The position numbers and the translations under genes were made by a program. From assembly GCF_034669745.1 (NCBI RefSeq), contig NZ_JAXMOP010000002.1: DNA of 64,000 nucleotides; one strand, written 5' to 3'. Positions 7,409 through 14,841 of the stretch are shown one piece after another (the first letter of the stretch is position 1; each line of letters starts with the position of its first letter). The DNA comes from Parasphingorhabdus sp. Its GTDB lineage: Bacteria; Pseudomonadota; Alphaproteobacteria; Sphingomonadales; Sphingomonadaceae. A model generated the notes under the pieces. It worked only from the letters and a program-made list of their open reading frames with translations, ran no database searches and was not told the origin of the DNA.

Positions 7409-8800
7409 CTAGTTTTCCATTTTTTTGCCGTTTCCGCCGCCATTGCCGTTTCCGCCGCCATTGCCGTTTCCACCGCCGTTGCCGTTTCCGCCGCCATTGC
7501 CGTTTCCGCCGCCATTGCCGTTTCCACCGCCATTGCCGTTTCCACCGCCGTTGCCGTTTCCACCGCCGTTGCCGTTTCCGCCGCCATTGCCGTTTCCACC
7601 GCCATTGCCGTTTCCACCGCCGTTGCCGTTTCCACCGCCGTTGCCGTTTCCGCCGCCATTGCCGTTTCCGCCGCCATTGCCGTCTCCGCCGCCATTGCCG
7701 TTTCCACCGCCATTGCCGTTTCCACCGCCGTTGCCGTTTCCACCGCCGTTGCCGTTTCCACCGCCGTTGCCGTTTCCACCGCCATTGCCGTTTCCACCGC
7801 CGGTATCGATTGCGCCGCCGTTGCCATTGCCACCGGCATTGCCATTACCATTGCCACCAGCATTGCCATTGCCGTTATCACCGGCATTGCCGTTACCATT
7901 CCCTCCAGCATTGCCATTGCCGACGTCATCCCCGCTGAAAGGATTTCCATTACCATTTCCTACCGCGCCCGGATTGCCATTGTTCAAACCGTTACCACCA
8001 CCCGCAAAGCCCGGTATAGATGGGTTCGATTCAGCCAATTTGGCCAAAACGTTTGCAGATTCACCATTGGTCACCAGACCACCGGTCAGATGGCTGAGCG
8101 AAACAGGAGTTTCCAGAACAGGTGCCGTGATGGTTCCTTCAAAAGCACCGTTGGCGATTTCGAGCAATGCGGTTTCATCCATGGGTTCCGGTGTGTCGGC
8201 ACTCCCGGCAGGAGCATTGGGTGAATCAATCGTCCGTGATTCAGATCCGGCGATGGTCAGACGAAATTGCTGGTCGCGATTGACCATACCGATCATTCCC
8301 GGAGACAATAATTGGGTCGCGCCGCCGTCGAGGGTAGATACCTGCACAGCGCCTTCGGTGACCTGAACTGCCGTCCCGGTTTCCGAAACAGTGACGCTGA
8401 ACGTCGTGCCTTTGACTACAGCTGCGAGATAGGGAGTATTTACACCGAAATGCGGTGTAGCCTTCTTGTCGATCCGAAACAGGACATTGCCGATTTCTTC
8501 AAAAAATTGAACAACACCGCCACTTTGCTTCGGTGCGCTTATTCGCAGTCGGCTGTTGGGTGAAACAACAACATATTCCTGTCCACGGACCAGAACCGCC
8601 CGGCTTTTATTCCCTGTGGTAACGATGTCGCCCGCGTTCAGACTGCCGCCGCTGATCGCAATTTGTGAAACGCCGGAGCGCAGAATATTAACTGTTCCGG
8701 TTCGTTCGGAAAGCTTCCACTCCGGAGTTCCCGCATGGGCAGTACCCGCCGCCATGATTGCGACAATTGCGAGGAATTTGTTCATTTTCTGTATCTTCAT
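7409..8800 (-). CDS. secreted FecR-domain protein with a very long Gly/Asn repeat tail, (GNGNGG)21
   Basis: 463 aa. It has a signal peptide (MKIQKMNKFLAIVAIMAAGTAHA/GT) and a FecR-like beta-rich domain (GDIVTTGNKSRAVLVRGQEYVVVSPNSRLRI ... VKGTTFSV..VTEGAVQV). From about residue 265 to 459 the protein is almost only G and N. It lies 24 nt upstream of the CHASE2-EAL gene on the same strand. Confidence 0.8.
   Translation of the reverse strand: MKIQKMNKFLAIVAIMAAGTAHAGTPEWKLSERTGTVNILRSGVSQIAISGGSLNAGDIVTTGNKSRAVLVRGQEYVVVSPNSRLRISAPKQSGGVVQFFEEIGNVLFRIDKKATPHFGVNTPYLAAVVKGTTFSVTVSETGTAVQVTEGAVQVSTLDGGATQLLSPGMIGMVNRDQQFRLTIAGSESRTIDSPNAPAGSADTPEPMDETALLEIANGAFEGTITAPVLETPVSLSHLTGGLVTNGESANVLAKLAESNPSIPGFAGGGNGLNNGNPGAVGNGNGNPFSGDDVGNGNAGGNGNGNAGDNGNGNAGGNGNGNAGGNGNGGAIDTGGGNGNGGGNGNGGGNGNGGGNGNGGGNGNGGGNGNGGGDGNGGGNGNGGGNGNGGGNGNGGGNGNGGGNGNGGGNGNGGGNGNGGGNGNGGGNGNGGGNGNGGGNGNGGGNGNGGGNGNGGGNGKKMEN
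7427..7804 (-). repeat. 18-bp tandem repeat x21 (GCCGTTTCC[G/A]CCGCC[A/G]TT), coding for GNGNGG units; a degenerate continuation runs to about nt 8010
   Basis: I aligned the units by hand at 7427, 7445, 7463 ... 7787. Three synonymous unit variants occur, plus one G->D unit at 7679-7696. The last unit has diverged. Confidence 0.95.
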
Positions 8801-8951
8801 TTGATCTACTCTGGTCAGTTTTAAAGCACTATTCCTGCTTATATGACGCTTTTATAGCTGCTCTATATGCTGATACCGTTTAGAAATAGGCTGAATATTC
8901 TGTAAACAACCAGACGCTAAGGAATTCCTAAGGATTTGACGCTAGAGCGAA

Positions 8952-10619
8952 TTGTTTTGTGTCCTGGAGTTGTTTGTGCATTCAGAAATAAAAATAGCGA
9001 TATGGACTCTGCTATTCTGCAGTTCTTCTGCCGCTTTTGCTCAGCAAGCCGGGAATCCCTTCGAAAGCGTGAGCAATCAGGGCGAGTGGACTGTTGGCGT
9101 GCCACCCGGAAATGATGTGGTAGCGCCGATCGTAGTCCGGGACGATAGTTTTCAACCCACCAGCGAAACACGTTCCATCACTATCGGTGCCGTCGCCGTA
9201 AAATCCGGACCTCAAATCCCGGCCGATGTGCTTGCCAGAAGTTACGAAAAATTCATCGGATTAGAAGCCAATGAAGATGTGCTCAGGGATCTCGCGAGTG
9301 CCGTATCGACCGCAGCCAGGAACAAGGGTTATATTTTCGCCAGCGCCCAAATTCCATCACAAGCGGTCAAAATAGGTATTGTCGAAGTCCTGCTGGATCC
9401 CGGCGCGATTGATGAAGTTCGGATCATCGGGTCACAGAATGGACGGCTCAGAAAAATTCTGGACAAGTTGCGCAGCCCGGCCGCCGTCTCACAAATCGTC
9501 GAACGACAATTATTACTCGCAGGCGACCTGCCCGGCATAACTCTGCTCAATACAAATTATCAGCGGGAAGATGGCAAAGGCGTGCTTATCGTTTCGGTGC
9601 GCGAAGACAAGGCCAGAGGGCATGTAGCTCTCGACAATTACGGTCCGGAAACTCTCGGTCCGGTCCGTATGCGTCTCGATCTGGACCTGACCGGCCTGTT
9701 GAGCGATAGCGATGTGCTGACCACCAATGTCATCAGCTCGGTTTTGCAACCGAAAGAACTGACCTATATATATTCGCGATATGCCATGACGCTTGGAGAC
9801 GGCGGAACAGTGATCGGACTGGCTGGTGCTGCCGGACGAACCCACTCTGGTGGCAATCTCGGTAATTTGGGCTTCCGGGGTCGAAATCGATACGCATCGA
9901 TCTTTGTCAATCATGCTGTGCAACGCAGCAACGACTTCAATTTGTGGCTCAACGCCGAACTTGCCTATCTTGATGTTGAACAATCACAAAATGGATCACC
10001 GTTCCAGGATGATCAGATCGCGACCGCTGCAGTGAATTTTTCAGGCAATTATAATGTCGGCATTGGCAGAATCTACGGTGGAATCGGCGTAACCCGGGGA
10101 TTGGGCATATTGGGCGCGAGCAGAAGCGGCGATCCCCTGAATTCCCGCACCGATGGCAGCGGTGAATTCACCAAGGCCAATTTTTGGCTCAACTCGATTC
10201 TGAACATGGGAGACGGTTTTGGCATGCGGTTGGCGGGCAATGCGCAAATAGCATCACGGCCATTGCTGTCTGCGCATGAGATCTCAATTGGCGGTGCCTA
10301 TTTCGGCAAAGGCTATGATTTCAGTGAACGATTTGGCGATGAAGGCATCCTCGGCCTGGCTGAATTGCGCAAGGAGTTTAACGACGTCAATCCATGGCTG
10401 GACTGGTTCCAGCTCTATACATTTGTTGACGGCGGTTATGTTTCCAATATCGGAACAGGATTTGGTGACGGGTCGCTGCTATCTGCTGGCGGCGGCTTGC
10501 GCTCCCAGATCGGCAGATTCGATCTGGGTATCGAAGCTGCCGCTCCGGTGGGCACCGATCGTTTTGAAAGCGGCGACCGGTCACCGAAAATCAATGTTCA
10601 AGTCGGATTACGCTTCTAG
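8952..10619 (+). CDS. ShlB/FhaC/HecB-family (TpsB-like) POTRA-containing outer-membrane beta-barrel
   Basis: 555 aa from the TTG at 8952. An in-frame GTG at 8976 gives a cleaner signal peptide (HSEIKIAIWTLLFCSSSAAFA/QQ). It has a POTRA-like region (IVEVLLDPGAIDEVRIIG...RQLLLAGDLPGI), a ShlB-type barrel, and a C-terminal ...VQVGLRF with terminal Phe. It is divergent from the FecR gene. Confidence 0.8.
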   Translation: MFCVLELFVHSEIKIAIWTLLFCSSSAAFAQQAGNPFESVSNQGEWTVGVPPGNDVVAPIVVRDDSFQPTSETRSITIGAVAVKSGPQIPADVLARSYEKFIGLEANEDVLRDLASAVSTAARNKGYIFASAQIPSQAVKIGIVEVLLDPGAIDEVRIIGSQNGRLRKILDKLRSPAAVSQIVERQLLLAGDLPGITLLNTNYQREDGKGVLIVSVREDKARGHVALDNYGPETLGPVRMRLDLDLTGLLSDSDVLTTNVISSVLQPKELTYIYSRYAMTLGDGGTVIGLAGAAGRTHSGGNLGNLGFRGRNRYASIFVNHAVQRSNDFNLWLNAELAYLDVEQSQNGSPFQDDQIATAAVNFSGNYNVGIGRIYGGIGVTRGLGILGASRSGDPLNSRTDGSGEFTKANFWLNSILNMGDGFGMRLAGNAQIASRPLLSAHEISIGGAYFGKGYDFSERFGDEGILGLAELRKEFNDVNPWLDWFQLYTFVDGGYVSNIGTGFGDGSLLSAGGGLRSQIGRFDLGIEAAAPVGTDRFESGDRSPKINVQVGLRF

Positions 10620-10681
10620 ACAGTTCCACGAACCGACCGCCGCGGCAAAATATGCCAGCTATATCGCGGTCAGCCTGTCAG

Positions 10682-11035
10682 TTAATCCTTCACGGGCCGT
10701 GTGTTGGAACTGGCATAGCCGGCATAGCCGTCGGTAAAGGAGAACAGCACTCCATCGGCTTCTTCCGTGGCATAGCTTGTTGCTTCGCTTTCCGAACTGC
10801 CAAATCCCATTTCGTCTTTTTTCATTGCCATGATCATCGCGTTGCGTTCGTCAGAGCAAGCCGTGGTGGCGGCTTTCTTGAAAGCGCTGGTTCCGATTTT
10901 TTCGTCCAACTGGGCCGTCGTAAATTCGGTCAAGCAATTGGAATAGGCCAGCCGTGCGGTGTCCGCATCGGCGATGGTGGCGGCTGATACTGTGCTGAAT
11001 AAAGCAAAACTTAAAAATGCAATCATCTCTATCAA
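10682..11035 (-). CDS. small secreted hypothetical protein
   Basis: 117 aa with an N-terminal signal-like segment (IAFLSFALFSTVSAA), two Cys residues and an acidic C-terminal half. I recognise no family. Confidence 0.45.
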   Translation of the reverse strand: MIEMIAFLSFALFSTVSAATIADADTARLAYSNCLTEFTTAQLDEKIGTSAFKKAATTACSDERNAMIMAMKKDEMGFGSSESEATSYATEEADGVLFSFTDGYAGYASSNTRPVKD

Positions 11036-11261
11036 TCCTCAAATAAGGGTCCCTTATAGCATGATTGGATTTCGGGAGCGAAGCAGATTCATGAATTGTC
11101 TGATCAGAAAATATCGTTTGGAATCAGAGGGATATGCGCAATTTCAGAGTGTTGATTTTTTGCCCGCTCGATATATCAGCGGCTACCGGCTTCGACTCGC
11201 GGCCAAAATCATATTGGGGGTTGCATCCGGATCGAATTTAGGAGAATGAAGCGCCAGATAT

Positions 11262-11440
11262 CGGGTTTCTCTTAATTGAGAATTCAAAGGGAAATCGGTG
11301 AGGAAAGGGTTTGCGCCCAATTCAAATCCGGTACTGCCCCCGCAACTGTAAGCGGCTAGCCGATATGCCACATGCCACTGGATCTCACGATCTGGGAAGG
11401 CGGCATATCTGCAGCGATCCGCAAGTCAGGAGACCTGCCC
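11262..11440 (+). promoter_or_regulatory. cobalamin (B12) riboswitch upstream of btuB
   Basis: The conserved core is readable: AAAGGGAAATCGGTGAGG...CAAATCCGGTACTGCCCCCGCAACTGTAAGCGG. The B12 box GCCACTGG is followed by CTGGGAAGGCGGC and a 3' ...GTCAGGAGACCTGCC. It ends about 95 nt before the btuB ATG. The boundaries are approximate. Confidence 0.85.
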
Positions 11441-11535
11441 TATGTCGTCGTTCTTCAGCCGGACGGGGTGTGTCGGGTGAACGGGGTTTTCCCCTGCGTA
11501 GCGGCAATTTATGTCGTTAACAAAAGGGAATCCTA

Positions 11536-13431
11536 ATGTATAAATACCGAATTTTCGTCACATTGATGGCATCCTCTGCATATTGCTGCGCGGTTCCGGC
11601 CGTGGCCGCTGATGACGATCGCGAGATCATCGTTACCGCCACCGGCATCGAACAGGATATCGAGGATACCGGCGCTGCAATCTCGGTCCTGACCGAAGTC
11701 GATATTCGCGATCAGCAATCCATCACCCTTTCCGCGATCCTGCAGGAACTTCCAGGCGTCAACGTCACCCAGAGCGGTGGATTGGGTTCGCAGGCATCGG
11801 TTCGTATCCGCGGGGCAGAAAATGACCAGACGCTGGTGTTGGTCAATGGCATAAGGGTCAATGATCCCTCGACACCCGATGGCTCTTTCGATTTCGGTAA
11901 CCTGCTCGCCGGCAATATCGAACGTGTCGAAGTGTTGCGCGGTGCGAGCGGCGTGACCTGGGGAAGCCAGGCGGTTGGCGGCGTGGTCAATATCACCACC
12001 AAAAGACCGACCGAAGATCTTACCCTGTTTGCTCAAGGTGAATATGGCGCGAACGATACGGTGCGGCTGGTCAGCAATGCCTCGGGCAAATTCGGACCGG
12101 TTGGACTGAGCATCGGTGGTGGCTATGCCCGAACCGACGGCATCAGCGCATATTCCGGCGGTTCCGAACCGGACGGGTATCGCCAATATTCGGCTTCAGG
12201 TCGCTTGCTCGTCGATATCACCGATGCCATCCGTTTCGAAGCCAGCGGCTATTACGCCGACAGCAGAGTCGACAATGACAACGTCTTCCCGCCGTATAGT
12301 TCCGATGACAGCCAGTTTTCGCTGGCACAGGAAGTCTATGGCAACGCCAGCATTCATGTTGCTGCGCTGGACGGGCGTTTCCAGAATCGATTTGCCTTCA
12401 GCATTGCCGACATCAACCGTGACATCATCAGCCCCTCTTTCACTTCCCGCCCCAGAGGACGGACGGAGCGGTTCGAATATCGTGGCGATCTGGCCGTGAT
12501 CGAGCAATTGCGCCTGGTCTTCGGGGCGGAAAAGGAAGACAGCCGCTATGAAAACAGCGGTGTGTCGGACTCGACCGGGATCGATTCCTTCTTCTTCCAG
12601 GCCGTGCTCAAACCGGCTGACGGACTCACTCTGACCGGCGGGATCCGGCACGACCAGCATGCGGATTTCGGCGGCAATACCAGTCTGGCTGGCAATCTGG
12701 CCTATCGGCTTGGCGCAGATGGTCCTACCATCCGGGCGAGCTATGCTGAGGGCTTCAGGGCTCCTTCCCTGATCGATCTTGACGACCGCCCGTTCGGCTA
12801 TGGCACGCCGGATTTGGTGCCGGAAACCGCAAAATCTTACGAGATCGGTATTGATCAGTCACTGATCGGACAGGCGGTGCAGGTCGCGGTGACGCTTTTC
12901 CAGCGGGACACGCTCAATCAGATTGCCTTCGCTGCTTGCCCGGTCGCACCGGATCCTGCGCCGGAAGTCTGCACGAACGGCAGTCGGCCCTACGGCACGA
13001 CCTTGAATATCGAGAGCAACCGCACCCGCGGCGTGGAGGCGATCTTGTCGATTGCTCCGTTTGAACGACTGCGGATCGACGCCAATTATACCTGGCTGGA
13101 CACCGAGAACCGGTCTGCCGGTGCCAATTTCGGCAATGAACTGGCGCGACGGCCAGCGAGCAGCCTCTATCTCAATGCCAGCTATCAAACCAGCTTCGGG
13201 CTGAGCCTTGGTGCGGACCTGCAGATGATCGGCGACAGTTTCGATGATCTGGCCAACAACCGCCGCCTCGATGGCTTTGCGCTTGCCGGAGTCCGGGCGA
13301 ACCTCCCGCTGACCGAGGGCATCGAAATTTTCGGACGTATCGACAATCTGTTCGATGTAAACTATGAAACGGCCACTGATTTTGGCTCTCCGGGACGTTC
13401 GGCTTATTTGGGAGCGCGGGCGCGTTTCTGA
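11536..13431 (+). CDS. btuB: TonB-dependent outer-membrane vitamin B12 receptor
   Basis: 631 aa with a signal peptide, a TonB box (DREIIVTATG), a plug domain (VRIRGAENDQTLVLVNGIRVND) and a barrel ending in ...YLGARARF. It lies directly downstream of a cobalamin riboswitch. Confidence 0.85.
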   Translation: MYKYRIFVTLMASSAYCCAVPAVAADDDREIIVTATGIEQDIEDTGAAISVLTEVDIRDQQSITLSAILQELPGVNVTQSGGLGSQASVRIRGAENDQTLVLVNGIRVNDPSTPDGSFDFGNLLAGNIERVEVLRGASGVTWGSQAVGGVVNITTKRPTEDLTLFAQGEYGANDTVRLVSNASGKFGPVGLSIGGGYARTDGISAYSGGSEPDGYRQYSASGRLLVDITDAIRFEASGYYADSRVDNDNVFPPYSSDDSQFSLAQEVYGNASIHVAALDGRFQNRFAFSIADINRDIISPSFTSRPRGRTERFEYRGDLAVIEQLRLVFGAEKEDSRYENSGVSDSTGIDSFFFQAVLKPADGLTLTGGIRHDQHADFGGNTSLAGNLAYRLGADGPTIRASYAEGFRAPSLIDLDDRPFGYGTPDLVPETAKSYEIGIDQSLIGQAVQVAVTLFQRDTLNQIAFAACPVAPDPAPEVCTNGSRPYGTTLNIESNRTRGVEAILSIAPFERLRIDANYTWLDTENRSAGANFGNELARRPASSLYLNASYQTSFGLSLGADLQMIGDSFDDLANNRRLDGFALAGVRANLPLTEGIEIFGRIDNLFDVNYETATDFGSPGRSAYLGARARF

Positions 13432-13460
13432 CAACCAATAGCAAAAGGGAATATGATCAT

Positions 13461-14006
13461 ATGCAACTCGTTCAATCTTCATCGTCTGTCCAGAACATCT
13501 GGGCCGGTGTGCTGGCAATTTCGTCGGTGCTGGGCAGCCTTGCTCTCGCATGCATGTTCCCTTTTGCCGCCATCGCGACCTTGCTGGCGGCAACTTTGCC
13601 GTTCCGCAAGGCAGCGGTCTGGATGGGCGCTGCCTGGTTTACCAACCAGCTGATCGGCTATCTGGTGCTCGGCTATCCGCAGACCGCGAATAGCTTCGGC
13701 CACGGACTGGCCATCGGGGTTACCGCACTCGCCACGCTGGGGGTGGCAAAGATGATATTCACGCTGCGCGGCGACCAGTCGCTGGTCTCTTCTATATTGG
13801 CCTTTGGCGGAGCCTTTGTCGCTTTCGAGGCATTGCTTTATGTCGCAGCGCTCTATCTTGGCGGTGTCCAGAATTTCGCACCATCGATCGTCTGGATGAT
13901 CGCGCAGAACGACATCCTGTGGTTCGCTGGTCTGGGCGTCCTGTATCTGGTGCTTGACGGCACATTGTTTGGACGGATTGGAAAGCAGGCCAGCGCGCAA
14001 GGCTGA
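13461..14006 (+). CDS. small polytopic inner-membrane protein of unknown function, co-transcribed with btuB
   Basis: 181 aa with 5-6 hydrophobic segments. It starts 29 nt after the btuB stop and has an AAGGGA SD-like sequence upstream. I recognise no family. Confidence 0.6.
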   Translation: MQLVQSSSSVQNIWAGVLAISSVLGSLALACMFPFAAIATLLAATLPFRKAAVWMGAAWFTNQLIGYLVLGYPQTANSFGHGLAIGVTALATLGVAKMIFTLRGDQSLVSSILAFGGAFVAFEALLYVAALYLGGVQNFAPSIVWMIAQNDILWFAGLGVLYLVLDGTLFGRIGKQASAQG

Positions 14007-14016
14007 GCTGACCGCG

Positions 14017-14754
14017 CTACAATCTGATCCGCATCTCGGAGAGCTTTTCATAGGCATCGCGGCATTGATCCGCGATCGCCTGCTCTCTGGCTCCGAGTTC
14101 GGGTATGGCGCTTTCCGCCTGTCCAAATCCTGTTGTTTCGATGACCCGACCATACCAGTGCGATGCCCATATTCCATCGCTTTCGCGAGCACCGGCTTCC
14201 CACTTGAGCATGCCCGCGTCCCAGGGAATCTCCATCGCTGAGCACAACGCCTGCAAATGCGTTTCCGGATCGCGCAATATATCGGCGCTATCCAGGATGA
14301 TCGGCGCTTTACCGGTCATCTGTGCAGCCTGGTCGACATAGTCCAGCTGCCGCGCATAGCCGAGATCATCGGCGGTCACCTCGACCCGTTTGGCGGCATA
14401 GCTCGCCACAACCCGATCCGGATCGCGGATCAGGAAAGCATGGCGATGATCCGGAAAATCGGCGATCGATATATCGGCGACCATATGGTGCGGCATATGT
14501 TTCTGGTACCAGAGCGCTTTGCTGTCCGGTACCGGTCCGCGCATCGCTTCGGCCACGGATTGCCAGTCACAGTCCATCGACGCGATGACTTCATCGGCCA
14601 TCGGTTGGCGCTGGCCGGTGGTCTTCAGAAAGGCACCGTAAAAAGGTTCATCGCTAACCGCGCAATCGCTGCGCCCGCCAAAGCTGCGCATCATCGCGGT
14701 CGAGATATTGCGCGGGCCGGACCACATGGCAATGCGGATGGATTTTGGCTTCAT
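14017..14754 (-). CDS. sulfotransferase-fold / P-loop-like protein, function unknown
   Basis: The track ORF is 14017..14778; the likely start is M9 (MKPKSIRIAMWSGPRNISTAMMRS...). The N-terminal WSGPRN(I)S(T) loop and overall pattern resemble uncharacterised sulfotransferase-like families (recalled from memory, not searched). It lies downstream of the class IV aminotransferase on the same strand. Confidence 0.45.
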   Translation of the reverse strand: MKPKSIRIAMWSGPRNISTAMMRSFGGRSDCAVSDEPFYGAFLKTTGQRQPMADEVIASMDCDWQSVAEAMRGPVPDSKALWYQKHMPHHMVADISIADFPDHRHAFLIRDPDRVVASYAAKRVEVTADDLGYARQLDYVDQAAQMTGKAPIILDSADILRDPETHLQALCSAMEIPWDAGMLKWEAGARESDGIWASHWYGRVIETTGFGQAESAIPELGAREQAIADQCRDAYEKLSEMRIRL

Positions 14755-14841
14755 ACTATCACTCCGGTCCGTTCGCATCGAGCGAAGTCGAGATGCCCGC
14801 GAACATAATCTGTGTCTCGACTGCGCTCGACACCAACGGGA

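Noticed and set aside
7427-7804. Possible CRISPR array or non-coding satellite
   Set aside because: The repeats are directly abutting with no spacers. The unit length of 18 bp is a multiple of 3 and in frame with an upstream FecR domain, and the differences between units are synonymous. It is a coding tandem repeat.
7354-8366. Three long ORFs through the 18-bp repeat: 7354..7956 (-) MAVETA repeats, 7357..7938 (+) RCRFRRH repeats, 7425..8366 (+) PFPPPL repeats
   Set aside because: All six frames are open across a perfect 18-bp repeat. Only the frame continuous with the signal peptide and FecR domain (7409..8800) makes a coherent protein.
8920-8929. 10-bp palindrome AGGAATTCCT in the divergent FecR / TpsB-like promoter region
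   Set aside because: It is too short to be significant by itself. I noted it only as a place to look if the locus is dissected experimentally.
11318-11335. TTCAAATCCGG, which resembles a tRNA T-arm
   Set aside because: It lies inside the cobalamin riboswitch core (the ...AATCCGG...CCCGCAACTGTAA context). No acceptor or anticodon arms can be drawn around it.
13479-14192. 237-aa minus-strand ORF covering the small membrane protein gene; also 12859..13593 (-) overlapping the btuB 3' end
   Set aside because: These are antisense shadow ORFs with Arg/Gln-rich translations. The plus-strand products are a coherent barrel C-terminus and a clean polytopic membrane protein.
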